Under the pieces are notes generated by a model. It had not been told where the DNA came from and did not search any database. It worked only from the letters and a program-made list of their open reading frames with translations. From assembly GCF_004010195.1 (NCBI RefSeq), contig NC_057728.1, positions 44,020,569 to 44,084,568 on the forward strand: DNA of 64,000 nt. The letters are read 5' to 3'. Numbering within the stretch: the first letter of the stretch is position 1; every line of letters starts with the position of its first letter. This document shows, one piece after another, positions 1 through 12,530 of the stretch. The position numbers were made by a program, and so were the translations under genes. This DNA comes from Chiloscyllium plagiosum. Its lineage: Eukaryota.

Positions 1-110
1 CTCCTCTGGAGTCTGGGAAGTGAGAAGGGCCCTCTTCTTCCCTTGGTCCAGCAGGACCTCCAGGTCGGAAATGGAGTGCCAACGTCCCTCTCTCAGTCAT
101 GTCATTTGGA
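1..110 (-). mobile_element. Degenerate Harbinger-type Myb/SANT-like gene N-terminal fragment
   Basis: Minus strand resembles the A(P)xF..LEVLL..R start of Harbinger Myb/SANT-like proteins; frameshifted and cut by the window edge. Confidence 0.35.
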
Positions 111-399
111 ATTGCTCAGCAACACACTAAGGACAGATCCCAGCTTGCAGCATTTGAAATAGCATTTATAAACGGCATCCACAGCATGAACGCTGTAAGG
201 TTCTGACACTGATGAAAATTTCCAGTTCTGTTGAATGTAAGCTTGCAGTAGAGTACAGCCATGGAGGTGGGATGCATAATTAAAAAGCTAAACAGCAGAC
301 AACTACGCATGAAGTGTTGCCAGGGCTCACAGAGGGAAGCTCTCTATGAAACTGAACGAAATTGACACAGCCAAAATAAAGGAAGACTCAGTTCAGAGT

Positions 400-1255
400 T
401 CGAGTTCACTGGATCCAAAATATTAACTGATTTCTCTCCACAGTTATGGCCAGACCTGCTGAGCTTTTCCAGCAATTTCTGTTTTTGATTCTGATTTCCA
501 GCATCTGCAGTTCTTTCAGTTTTTTATTCAGTTCAGAGTCAGTGTTTTGACTGTTTTGTCTAGTGTTTTGTCTATTGTGACTGTTCTTTGGAACTGAAGA
601 GAGAGGCGGAAAAGTGATAGGTTTTATATGATAGAAAAATGTGGGGAGTAGCATGCAGACCAAAGGGAGGTCAGGGGAAGGTGAAAGCTCAACACTGAAT
701 TCAACAACTTTTTGTTTCTCCTGTCTTCTCCACACACCATTCTCTAGGTGACATGATTTTGCTTTCAATAGAGCTGGCCTATATTCTGCCATTGACACCT
801 ACTATTAACAGATATTCTATCCTTCTGTCTCTTTATGAGCATTACCACTCCCTTAGTGGTTCTGAGGAAGGGTCATTGGACCCAAAGTGTTAACTCTGAT
901 TTCTCTTCACAGATCCTGTTGAGCTTTTCTAACAACTTCTGTTTGTGTTTCTCACTTACAGCATCCGCAGTTCTTTCAGTTTTTACCATTCCCTTAGTCT
1001 TTTGTTCTGCAATCCTATGATCTCTAATCTCCCTCATGCTAACCTTCCCTTTTTGCTTCAACATGGGCTCCTCCCAACATTTTTCTACAGTATAAAGCTC
1101 ACCAATTTTCCATCTCTCTCTTTCGTTCTGAAGAACAGTCAAGTTAGTTTCTTCTGTTTTTCTCTCTCCAGAGCTGCTGCTAGGTTTGCTGAGTTTCTCC
1201 GGTGGTTTCAGTTCTTTATTTCAAAGTTCCAGCATTTTCCAATCTTCTGTTTTTC
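400..1255. mobile_element. Cluster of Penelope-like element terminal fragments in mixed orientation
   Basis: Repeated 'cctgctgag..tttccagcaatttctgtttt' tail motif at ~455, ~915 and ~1185. Decayed hammerhead motif CTGAGGA-AGGGTC-ATTG-GACCC at 862-883. 580-655 and 1063-1140 are inverted copies of each other (similar LLPTFFY..PxLS..KNS peptides on opposite strands). Confidence 0.6.
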
Positions 1256-1274
1256 TTTAAAAATTATGATAAAA

Positions 1275-1810
1275 TGCTGGTTCAGCATCAACTGGAGTAT
1301 TCTGTCCAAATCGGGGACAACGCTTTTTGAAATGATGTGAAGGCTTTGGAGAGAGTAGAGAAAGGATTCAGGAGAAGGAATGAGGAATGAGATGGATGAA
1401 TAAGGTGAAGAATCTACAGCTGTTCTCCTTGGAGAAGTGAAGGTTAGGAGATTAGTTAGAAATTTTCAAAACTCACAAGAGGTTTGCACAGAGTAGATGG
1501 AGAGAAACTCCTCCCGTTGGTAGAAGAGTTGAGAACCAGAGGACACTGATTCAAAGTGATTAGCAAATATGTATGACTGGTATGAGGATATTATGCAGAA
1601 AGTCGTTAAGGTTTTAAATTCACTGCCTGAGAGTGTGGTGATTATTTCAGCTGAGGCCTTCAAAAGAGAATTGAATAATTCCTGAGGTATAAAATAATTA
1701 CAGGACTATCGGTAAAAACAGAGAAGGCAATCAGTGGGTTGCTTTTTTTCAGCAGTTGAATAGACTCTGTGGTTGAATGCTGTCTTTCAATACTGTCACC
1801 TCTCCATGAT
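1275..1810 (+). mobile_element. Degenerate CR1 LINE 3' end
   Basis: Remnants of ALERVxKxF...LFSLEK.RL.GDL.E.FK, followed by a CR1-like 3'UTR. Confidence 0.7.
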
Positions 1811-2552
1811 TCTAGATCAGCAAATTTCTGGTTTCACAAACAAAGTAACAGTGATATTATACATTTTGTCAAATGAACATAGTGAGCCTTGAGAAATGGC
1901 TGTCAAAGCCACCTGACCTTTTACAACTGTAGTGTTAGTAAGTTCCTGGAAGGCTATAAATGAAGTACAGACAGACATATCTAGCCATGTAAAGGTGTTC
2001 GAAATTCAACACACATTTCCACGAGATATAAACAGAAACTCATTGACAATGGCTTCATTGGGGGTTTTGAAGTGTGTTTTTTCTTATCTCACCAAATACA
2101 TAATGTGAAAGTATAATTCATCAAAGATCGCACAGCAGCCATTTTAGGTTTTTATCTGAATAAGGCAGGTTAACATACACCGTTTTAAACTGAATACCAA
2201 GTGGAACTTTGATGGGACAGTATCAGAGGAAGAGTTTTCAACATGGAAGGGGAGAAAAAGGCAAACCAACTGAGGACTGCTGTGTTGAACAAGGTCACCA
2301 AGGGCTAAAGCATGTAGTGTCATAAAAGTGAATCAAAGGAGCCTGCACTCCCGCCGAGAAGTTGTTCTGTTCAGTCCATCTGTGGAAGAAACTACTTCAA
2401 CTACTCAACTAGAGTAGTCTATGTAGCTGCTGACTTCTGACTTCAGGTTTTTAACCCCTTTACTTTGCAAAGACGAATTTTCAAAGGAATAATATAGATA
2501 TGCAATGACAATAGGCCAATCTCATCTTTATAAATATCTTTTATTTTTATCT

Positions 2553-2864
2553 ATGGTGGCTCAGTGGTTAGCACTGCTGCCTCACAGCACCAGGGTCCCA
2601 AGTTCAATTCCAACCTCAGGTGACTGTCTGTGTGGAGTTTGCACATTCTCCCCTTTGTCAGCGTGGGTTTCCTCCGGGTGCTCCAGTTTCCTCCCACAGT
2701 CTAAAGATGTGTAGGTCAGGTGAATTGGCCATGCTAAATTGCCCATAGTGTTAGCTGCATTAATCAGAGGGAAATGGGTCTGGGTGGGTTACTCTTCGGA
2801 GGGTCGGTGTGGGCTTGTTGGGCCGAAAGGCCTGATTCCATACTGTCGGGAATCTAATCTAATC
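2553..2864 (+). mobile_element. HE1-type tRNA-derived SINE (elasmobranch)
   Basis: A box (TGGCTCAGTGG), B box (AGTTCAATTCC), conserved core 'tgtgtggagtttgcacattctcc...gggtttcctccgggtgctcc', (AATCT)n tail. Confidence 0.9.
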
Positions 2865-2947
2865 CTTGAATGTGTCCTTTACTGAATAACAATCACATTT
2901 TTTACTTTGCAATTTTCAGTAGTTATGCAATAAACTAACACTTTTTT

Positions 2948-3252
2948 TTAGATTACATTACATTACAGTGTGGAAACAGGCCCTTCGGCCCAACAAGTCC
3001 ACACCGACCTGCCGAAGCGCAACCCACCCATACCCCTACATTTACCCCTTACCTAACACTACGGGCAATTTAGCATGGCCAATTCGCCTTACATGCACAT
3101 CTTTGGACTGTGGGAGGAAACCGGAGCACCCGGAGGAAACCCATGCAGACACGGGGAGAACATGCAAACTCCACACAGTCAGTCGCCTGAGGCGGGAATT
3201 GAACCCGGGTCTCTGGCACTGTGAGGCAGCAGTGCTAACCACCGTGCCGCCC
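2948..3252 (-). mobile_element. HE1-type SINE, full length
   Basis: Reverse complement begins GGGCGGCACGGTGGTTAGCACTGCTGCCTCAC; same core; (TAATG/TAATC) tail. Confidence 0.92.
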
Positions 3253-3771
3253 ACTTGATTTTGTATAAAACTAAAGCTTTGTTTCTAGTTATTTTTCAAT
3301 TGGAGCAGTCAGAAAAGAGAGTAATATAAATTTACACGTGTGATATGCTCATGACAATGGATAAAATTCTTAAACTTCAGCAGTAACGGTTATTTAATTA
3401 TTAATGTTTGTTGTAAATATTTAAGATTCACAAATGGTTGAATGATATTTATTTGTTATCCCTGCTTTCCATCCGCTCCATTAACTTTCATGCCATCTCC
3501 CCATACCCAGCTCCCTGAAAATTCCAGTTTTCCAAGTTATAAAGACCATATGTTTTTCCTTTTCTGCATTTTCAATTGTGGACTGAAATGCGAAATGGAT
3601 TGTTTTAAAAAACAAGGATTTCTAGAGGTTTGCTGCATGTTTTGGATGCAAGTAAGCTGACTTGCAGCAAGCATCATTTACAAGCATAATTTTCCAAACA
3701 ACTTGTTCAAGCAGTAATTAAAGTGTAGTTTGTAGACAGGTTGAAGCTGAAGGATTGCACACAAATGGAGC

Positions 3772-4240
3772 AAAACAACAGAAATTGCTGGAAGAACTCA
3801 GCAGGTTAGTTAGAATCTGCGGGAAGAAAGCAGAATTAATGTTTCAAATCTGGTGACTCTTCATCAGAACTGATAGCTTCTCGAAAAAAGTAGTATTTAT
3901 GGTGAAGCGGAAATGGTGGGGTAGAGGGAACTTGGGGAAGAGGAGATGTGAGTGGATGGGTGAGGATGGAGCCCAGAAAGGGAGAGAGATATGAAAGGGG
4001 TAGATAAACAAGAGGATAATAAATAACTGGCCAGGACAGAAGAAAAGCTGAATAAGTGAAATAAGAGCTATGAATAGGACAAAATGAGTGAGCAGTACTG
4101 AATGCAGTGGATATAATGTGATAATGGGTGACTGCTAAAAGCTAAAAATCACACAAAACCAGGTTATAGTCCAACAGGTTTAATTGGAAGCACTAGCTTT
4201 TGGAATGCTGCTCCTTCATCAGGTGCTCAAATCAACCAAC
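3772..4240 (-). mobile_element. Penelope-like element terminal fragments with two hammerhead-like motifs
   Basis: 3834-3871 reverse complement: agtt-CTGATGA-A-GAGTC-acca-GATTT-GAAA-catt. 4191-4225 reverse complement: cac-CTGATGA-A-GGAGC-agc-ATTCC-AAAA-gcta-gtg (decayed). Confidence 0.6.
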
Positions 4241-5779
4241 ATCGTGACAGGATCGGGTGTGGGGTGAGTAAAATGTGTGGAACGATGGAATTAAGCTCAA
4301 AAGTCAATAGACTCAATGTTGAATGTACAAATGGTGCTTTGGTTGGCAACAAAAAGCTGATTGGTTTATGAACCAGTGACCAGTTATCAATGACATAGGC
4401 CTTCTGCTTGTCAACACTACTTGGTTGATAATCAGGTAGCTAAACTGTTTGGGACTGAGAACACGATACGAGGTATCTTCAGATCTCCACCAGCTCTGGA
4501 CCTGTTTATGTTCACTGTCATAAAAGCCCCTTTAAGCCTGATGCAAACCAGTTTATCTTCCTTTCAGTAGTTGTTGTAAGCTGTGAGCTTTATTTGATAA
4601 TTCAGAGACATATATCAGTAAATCGCCACCCTGTGCCTCTAGCAAATCTGATAAAGGATGACTGAGAGGCAACATTTTGATTAGCACTCGAACTATCTCA
4701 GCAGATGCTGTAATTAGAAAACACTGAACAGCTTTCCCAGTTTTTCCATTGTCCGTGATACCAGGGTTTGTGTGTGTATGTATAGATGCATGTGTGCATG
4801 CAAAGTGGTATTTATCAGCGAATTAGAGTTAAACCTAATAGAATTCATCCTACCTGTTGCTAGAGCCTAGTTACTTGTTATAGTAATTAAGTACAGAAGC
4901 TTGGCCCCTGCTTTCTGTGAATGTAAGTCTGAAAATATGATAATTTGGGGAATTCTGTATACTTTTTAAACACTTGTGATGACTCCAGGTGATTTCAAGT
5001 ATACTACCCTATTGAAGCATAATAAGTTGACCCTCTCAAAAATCTGTCCTGAACTTGAGTTTGCCTTCATTTATACTGTCCAAATGCTTACCTCCTATTT
5101 AGGCTGGCAGTGGCCAGAAATTAAAATACCCTGAGCCTCAGGCCAAGACCTTCAAAGATATCTTGCATTCATGTATTCATCCAAAACCTGTAAAATGTTA
5201 AATTTGACCCCTGGTTTCCTGGTACAAAAGTGGGGTATGCCATTTAATAATATTCCCTTTCCCCAGTAAATGCTACTTCCCATAGAGATAATTTTAAAAA
5301 TCCATGCATTGGCATTCTGTTATCAGTGTGTTCATCAACTAGGTCCATTAGATTGCCGAAGAGTTAATGCTGAAAATGTTGATTTGTTCTGGAAGACACT
5401 ACGTGATGAAATATAAATGTTTTTGCAAAACCTGTAAAGGCCTAGGCAGCTAAAATGTTGTACTTCCAATTTATAGTTGAAAGGTGCTTGAGAAACATCG
5501 AGATTATAAACTAACTACAGCTGTGACTGCTTTTAAATCAGGAAGAATTGTCTAGTTTCTCCTGTTAAATGTTTCATTCTATTTAATAAATGTGTGATTG
5601 ATAAAATTGCTGCTTAGAGTGAGCAACAAGGTCATATTAGCTCACAGTCTGAGAACTTCAGGAAGTTACAGTAATTTGATATTTCAAGTGTCTTGTTTTT
5701 TTTCACAAGCAGAAACACTTCTGCATTATTAAAAAAACATAACCTGATTGCGTAATCTTCTTGAGTTCTCTGCCTGAAG

Positions 5780-5935
5780 GCAATACCATCTTACAGCACC
5801 AGGATCTGCACCCACTGGCCTGACAAAGTGGCAAGCTTCGAATCCATCCCAGTCACAACAGGGATCAAACTGCTGTGCTTGGCATCAATCTGATCCACAC
5901 CAGATGTCCAGCCAAATGAGCCAATTGGCCCCCAA
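5780..5935 (-). mobile_element. Degenerate tRNA-derived SINE head
   Basis: Similar to the SINE family at 21690-21910 and 35165-35365 (gggg..gctca.ttggctgga...gtttgatccc). Confidence 0.45.
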
Positions 5936-7489
5936 CAAGTCTGGGTGGCTGCAAAAGCATACACTTCTACATTGATGTTTTAGCCGCAGGCTATAGATAG
6001 TGATAGTAGAGGCTTCAATTTCTTACCATCACATGGCTGACCAGGAGTGTCTCCTGCTTTTACTGCCTGCCATTAGTGTATTGGAAGGATTTATAAACTG
6101 ATACTTAACTTGTTTTGTCACTTCATGAGCACACGTTCCTAAGCCACCAAGTCCTGGAACTAATGGCTCACAGTCAGATTTTCGATCATGGCACCCAAGA
6201 CCTCCTGGTTGTATAATGTAGATCGACAGTTTACTAATATATTGCATCTACAATGCAGCTATCATCTCAGTGTGCTTCAAAGGAATATCATCAACCAAAT
6301 TCTGTCATGTAAGTTAATTTTAGAGTAGGTCAGTGAAAACTTGATTAGAGATAATATCACTTCACACTGAAAGCAGTTTTACTTGCTAGGAGCTGGATAT
6401 TGGGTGTAGGTGTGACAGAATTAAGACTAGTTATTCTGAAAATGGTTCACTGAATACTACTGAAAGCTCAAATCTGCCATGTGCTCTTAGTTGGCTGAAC
6501 AATGTGAGCTCTTGTATTGAGATTCAAATTGGAGGTCAATTTTCTTACATTACGTGGTAGGGCATGAGGCCAGAGACATATTTGTCAATCTCTGAGATTT
6601 TTGGGTAACTTTCTCTGTTTATTGGAGGCTTGTACAGGTCTGTGTGATCTCATTGTCATTGGGAATGAAAGCTAAACCAAACAGATTGAATTTTCAAGTG
6701 AGTTTACCCCATCTTGACACAGAAAAGAGAAATCTTTTTTGGGACAAAGATAGAGACTAAGAGCAGAATTTAATTTCCAAGTGTGGAAGTGGTCTTAGAA
6801 GCAAAAGGGATTTCTGTTTAGAAGAAGATCAGGTTTTCCCACTCAATTACATTCTTCTCAGCTCATTACATGTTCATGTACGAGTAAAATGACAAGTTTT
6901 CTGGTGAACAGGTAAGAGGTTCTATCCCCTGCCATGACCTTCCAGGCTCCAAATCTTAAAAGACACTCTCTGTAATCCAGCAGCATCACTTAACGTCTGC
7001 GTATTACCCTCATCCTACCCCTGGAAAGGTCAGACAGCAGACAGAGTGACACCATTTTATAGTCACTTTGGGTGAACAGGTGTCAGCCTTCTGTATAGCA
7101 TTACACTCGACACAAATACAGCAGATTACAAGTTTAAACTGTCCAAAATACTCCAGGGTTTGGCCATGAGCTGAACAAGAAAGAAATACAATTAAAGATG
7201 GCCAAAGTCAAGAATGTAGGCAGTGTACCAACAGCAAAAGGTCTTTGCCTCTGTCCTGGAAAGTTGGGAACTGTAGCAGCAATGTAATCAAAAAATGTAA
7301 AAGCAGTAAGATATAAAAGCAGTACAATAATTTGTTAGACTTGTGAAACCTTTGAGAAAACTCTTGTCCAATTTGTCATCTGTGAACCATTGCACTAACT
7401 CACAACCAATGATGTGATGTATTAGGGCATAGAGCCAGAAACAACATTTGCAAAAATCAAACACTATTGATGGCATTGTCAGTGTTGAA

Positions 7490-8220
7490 ACACTCTGATG
7501 ATGTTACCGTGCAGTGTGATGTCAGTTAGGCAGCACTTGCTACAGTCCTAATGCAGCAAGATTAACTGGTTGCATTTGCATGCATGCCATTAACACAAAT
7601 GATGCAATGCTCAGATCAAGAAAGAGTGCTTGACCATTGATTTTGCTTGTGAATGTTTTCAACAATAACTTCTTGTAAGAGACAAAGTGATGATCAAGTT
7701 CCAACCACAGCCATTTCAAAGCATTTTGCTGAAGTCTCTACCATCTGCTCCAAAGCAAGTTCAAAGAATGTTATCCTTGTTCGAGAAGTACCATTGGCAC
7801 ATGACATCCAGTATCGAAAGGAAATGTACATCACTGTCATGCTGTTGTGAATAGTTCTTCTGAGAACAAAGTGTGAAATCCTCCAAATACAATGTGGAGC
7901 AGTGACTCATTCTGCTCTAGACATCATCAACTTAGTAGAAACAATGAAATTAGCAGACGAGCACTTTGCAAAATTGTACCCAACAAAATGCAACTTCCCA
8001 ATTGTTGCGGAATGTAGTGATGAAAGAATGGCTCAAAGTATCAAAGAATTCATAGCCTCAGGTGGCATTTTGAACAGAGGAAATAGAGTCATTATCCTGA
8101 AGGAATTGAGAGGAAAGATGCTAAACCACATTCATGGCAGTCTGTAAGGAATTGAGTCAAGTCTGAGAGAGGCAAGAGATATGCTGTACTAGGCAAACAT
8201 GAGCAATGAAATCAAGGGCC
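7490..8220 (+). mobile_element. Gypsy/Ty3 LTR retrotransposon pol remnant (RNase H and integrase zinc-binding region)
   Basis: QCDxS..VLMQ..VAFA..AQIxKECLxIxFACE remnant, then GNRVII..LRGKMLNHIH..GIESSLREARDMLY; stops and frameshifts throughout. Confidence 0.8.
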
Positions 8221-8339
8221 ACAGATTTGGCAGTCCTAATTCTGTTTTATGTGGTCTATATAAAATTGAAGGTGATGGCTAAACCAGTTGTCTGTCATGT
8301 ATGTAAAGTCTCCTATCATTTGAACTTAGGCGAGCAGAG

Positions 8340-8612
8340 ATGACCCATGACCACTTACATCTGGAAGGACAAAGGCAGCAGTTACATCAGTCCACCACCT
8401 CTTCTCCAAGCCACTCACCATCCTGACTTGGAAATATATTGTCGTTCCTTCACTGTCATTGGGTCAATATCCTGGAATTCCCTCCTTAGTGGTGTTGTGT
8501 CTACCTATAGAACATGGACTGCAGCTGTTCAAGAAGGCAGCTGACCATCACCTTCTCAGGGGCAATTAGGGATGGGCATATTGACACCCACATCCGTAAG
8601 TGAATAAAGAAG
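8340..8612 (+). mobile_element. LINE 3' end (same family as 18620-19430)
   Basis: 'ttcaagaaggcagct.accatcaccttctc..gggcaattagggatgggca' tail, shared with 19340-19400 and with the SINE at 26790-27127. Confidence 0.7.
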
Positions 8613-8906
8613 GATATACCAGTGTGAATAGACAGAGGGAGTAATGGTTAATGATGACTAGTGCATCAATGAAAGAGGTCAGCGTATGGTTCAGCAGACT
8701 GGCAGCTATAGACATGAATGCAGGGTCAAAGCTCCACAGGTTAAACAAAACATAATTAAGCCACAGTAGTATTCTTTCTAACGTAGAATTCAGTGTCAAA
8801 ATGTCAAAATAATACTGCTAGCAAAGCTTTTGATTAAAAGTAGGATTTGACTTATTCAAACAAATGGTGACATAATAGCTTTTAAACAAGAGATCTTCTG
8901 ACTCAC

Positions 8907-8938
8907 CATTCACAATGCCTCAGGCCATCTGTTCATAA
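8907..8938 (-). pseudogene. Candidate 32-nt exon of an unidentified minus-strand locus (in-frame TGA)
   Basis: Pyrimidine tract with ctgat and tttaag acceptor, GTGAGT donor; continues the frame of the 9059-9279 exon as (C)YEQMA*GIVN. Confidence 0.35.
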
Positions 8939-9058
8939 CTTAAAGATAAATCAGTGTAGTAATTTAAAAAAAAGAAAGTGAACTGAAAAACATGTTATTT
9001 TTGAATGCAAGGAAAACAAAATGGAACAAAGAAATAAGTGTGCATATCTCCAACTCAC

Positions 9059-9279
9059 CATGCTAACTCTGTTATTAGTATTTCACAGCTCTTCCTTGAG
9101 GCTTTCTCCCTGCTGGCTTGAGGCTCTGCATCTAAAAACTGATTGTAAACTCTTTTCACGAAGAACTTATTAAGAAGGCTTCAGACCAATGCATATTCAA
9201 CAACCTGCTCTGAAAACTCTTCCCGCATTTTGATAACTGTGACAAATTGTACAACAGCACTGAGACAATTCACAACTTT
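9059..9279 (-). pseudogene. Candidate 221-nt exon of an unidentified minus-strand locus (one in-frame TGA)
   Basis: gctttag acceptor and TG|GTGAGT donor; 73 codons KVVNCLSAVVQFVTVIKMREEFSEQVVEYALV*SLLNKFFVKRVYNQFLDAEPQASREKASRKSCEILITELA. Confidence 0.4.
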
Positions 9280-10585
9280 CTAAAGCAACCATAAATTCAA
9301 ATGGAACAATCCACCGTAATTAAAAATAAAAACAGCTTGTCCCATTTCCGGTTGTTAATGGATGGATTAGATTAAAATAGTGAACCAAATCCAGAGTTGT
9401 ATCTTTGCCAAAAACTAATTAGTTCTTCTTTGGAACATACCCAAACTGTATTCCAGGTTTTATTGAAATCCGACCATTTGTTTTTGAGTTATATTTAAAG
9501 ACAAGCAGATAATTAGTGCTGTAAATATTATCTTTGCCCAACGTCAGTGGCAGAGTTAATTAAATCATTCTAAGATATATTTTTATGGCATTGTTTTAGT
9601 GTTGATTGATGTAATGAATACATATATTTTATTTTGAAATATAACCTAAAATATGAAAGTTTGAATTATTAGCTTGTTTTACAACTCAAAGGAAAAGTGG
9701 AAGACTGGCAGGGACTTAATGGTTACAAAGAACATGTAACAGAGGGAATTTGATATTTTTGTGTGACACACTGTCCCCAAGTTTTGGACTGAAAACAACT
9801 GACCAGCAACAGTTTATCAATTTGCTGCAAGTTAGATTTGCCACAGACCTACAGACAGTTGCACTCAGATCTCCAAATGCCTGCAAGCAAGCCAGACCTC
9901 TCTTCCGCTAATGGTGGAAGAAAGCCAACACTAAAAACAAGAACTCATAACTCAACTAAAAACTGAAGTCCAAATGACTCACTTGTGAATTGAGAATTGC
10001 CTTGGTTGACAACTACATATCATTACCAAAAATAAAAGAGCTGTAAGAAAGTCACCTCATCCCTCTTTGTGGTTTGGCCTCTTGATCCACAGAATATGTT
10101 CCTTTTTTATCTCTTTGTTTCTCACATGACATTTCTGAAAACTCTCTGTCTTATCATATGAATAATTACGTGCCTGTTTGGATTTAATGGGGGTATAGTT
10201 TAATTTGCATAATAGTCATTAATAATCCATTTTTGTCACGTGTTAAAGGATAGATCGCTATAGTTAAATACGTTTATGTTTATTGATTAAACCTGGTGAG
10301 TTTCTTTTATCTTAGATAGCAGTCAGAGTTAGACAAGTTAACCATCTTCGTATCAGATCAGTCATTCACACTTTTGGAATCATTTATGAAGTAGGACAGT
10401 TTCTATGTTGTTCATCTCTATGACTCTATGACAAAAACAGAAATTGCTGATAAAACTCTGGGACAGATCTCTGGTGAGAAATCGGTCCAGTGGCTCTTCT
10501 GAATGGAGTGGGATTTGATTCCCAGTGAGCTTTTCCCAACAGTGTTGGGACTCTGGTGACACATTTGATGCCAACTATCATTTTT

Positions 10586-10879
10586 GATTAGATTCCCTAA
10601 AGTGTGGAAACAGGCCCTTCGGCCCAACAAGTCCACACCAACCCTCCGAAGAGTAACTCACCCAGACCCATTTCCCTCTGACTAACACACCTAAGTTATG
10701 GGCAATTTAGAATGGCCAATTCACTTGACCTGCACATCTTTGGACTGTGGGAGGAAACCGGAGCAGACACGGGGAGAATGTGCAAACTCCACACAGACAG
10801 TCGCCTGAGACTGGAATCGAACCTGGGACCCTGGTTCTGTGAGGCAGCAGTGCTAACCACTGAGCCACCGTGCCGTCCC
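10586..10879 (-). mobile_element. HE1-type SINE with a small internal deletion
   Basis: Reverse complement begins GGGACGGCACGGTGGCTCAGTGGTTAGC; B box GGTTCGATTCC; AATCT tail. Confidence 0.9.
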
Positions 10880-11127
10880 TTTTTTTGTTCTTTTTTTTTT
10901 AGCTCCGCCAGGACCTTGCCCAACACCAACGGGGCTGATCCAAGGACCTCACTAAACCATCCAATCGGTTTGATTTTGATTTTGTTACTGTGAGAAGAGT
11001 GATGATATCACAAAAATGTGATACATACTTTGTGGATTTTTAAAGATACTCATTTCTTTACTTGATGTGTTTGTGAATTCTTCATTGTTTATGATAAAAG
11101 GAAAACAACAATGAAATCCTTTGAGCC

Positions 11128-11625
11128 ATAGAATCATAGAGTTATACAGCATGGTAACAGGCCCTTCAGTCCAACTAGCCCATACTGATCAGATATCCTG
11201 AACTGATCAAGTTCCATGTGCATGCATTTGGTCCACATCCCTCTAAACTTTCTTATTCATATACCCATTCAGAGTCCTTTTAAATGTTGTAATTGTACAA
11301 ACCTCCACCACCTCCTCGGGCACCTCATTCCATTCATGCACCACCCTTTGTGTGAGAAAGCTGCCCCTTAGGTCCCTTTTAAATCTTTCCCCTCTCACCG
11401 TAAACCTATGTCCCCTAGGAAAAAGACCTTGGCTGTTCACCCTATCTATGCTCTTCATGATTTTATCAACCTCAATAAGGTCACCCCTCAGCCTCCAATG
11501 TTCCAGGGAAAAAAGCCTCAGCCTATGCAGCCTCTCCCTGTTGCTCAAATCCTCCAATCCTGGTAATGTCCTTGTAAATATTTTCTGAACCATTTCAAGT
11601 TTAACAACATTTTTTCTATAGCAGA
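11128..11625 (-). mobile_element. CR1 LINE 3' end
   Basis: VKLEMVQKIFTRTLPGLEDLS..ERL..L.LFSLEHWRLRGDLIEV.KIM..RGHRF..W N..PEEVV; (TCTATGA)-like tail. Confidence 0.88.
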
Positions 11626-11793
11626 TTGAGATTAAATGCCTCAGATGTATGAATACAAATAATTTCTGACTCAGGAACATTGTCATCTGGCATAAACAGA
11701 TCAAAGAACATTCAACTTCTGGTTGTCAAAGATAATTTTTAAATTTAACATGCTTAAGTTGAAGTACTATGGATTAACTCACACGTGTACAGT

Positions 11794-11992
11794 TAAGAGT
11801 GCGGTGCTGGAAAAGCACAGCATGTCAGGCAGCATCCGAGGAGCAGGAGAATCTACGTTTTGGATATAAGCCCTTCATCAGAAATGGTGAATGACCAAAA
11901 CGTTGATTCTCCTGCTCCTCGGCTGCTGTCTGACCTGCTGTGCTTTTTGAGCACCACACTCTTGACTCTGCTGTCTTCCCTTTCTCCCAGGT
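11794..11992. mobile_element. Short fold-back PLE-derived element with a decayed hammerhead motif
   Basis: ~70-bp inverted arms (aagagtgcggtgctggaaaagcacagca... / ...tgctgtgctttttgagcaccacactctt). Centre reverse complement: CTGATGA-A-GGGC-ttat-ATCC-AAAA-cgta. Confidence 0.7.
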
Positions 11993-12269
11993 ACACAGCT
12001 AACTCTGAAATCAGCAAATATCTACTGTAATTGCTTATTAATTTTAGCAACACACTTTACTCATTACTCTCATATTGACTTTGGGAAAGTATGTGTTCAC
12101 CATAAACATAGCAAGGTGTAACTCCTGCTCAGGTAACTAATGTGGAGGGACAGGATTGCAGCCAATCATCTAGATTTTGAAGACCATTTGCAAAATCTTA
12201 ATCAACGTTCAGCCCATATTGATTATGCCTCTGGGAACTCAACCTTCGAGGCTGCAGTTTAAGATTTAG

Positions 12270-12530
12270 AATCAGAATACCACAGTAGAAGAGAAGAATA
12301 TTTGACCTGTTCTTTCTAAACACAATCCAGTTATTCCCACTCCCCACCCTTTCCCCCACAACCTGCAACATTATCCTTTAAGTATGTATCCAATTTACTT
12401 TTTTGGGAAACTATTGAATCCTTATCCACTATCCTATCAGGCAATGTATTTAAAATCCTAATCACTTACTGCACAAACACTTTTCCTCCATGAGCCTGTT
12501 TAGCAAACCATCTTAAGTCAATGTCATCTG
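12270..12530 (-). mobile_element. Degenerate CR1 3' UTR fragment
   Basis: Resembles the other CR1 tails in the window. Confidence 0.45.

Noticed and set aside
2505..3258. ORFs and tRNA-like A/B boxes
   Set aside because: These are HE1 SINE sequence, not genes or tRNAs; the same applies at 10586-10879 and 29467-29780.
9760..10562. Possible solo LTR (TG...CA-like ends)
   Set aside because: No partner LTR, primer-binding site or TSD could be verified by eye.
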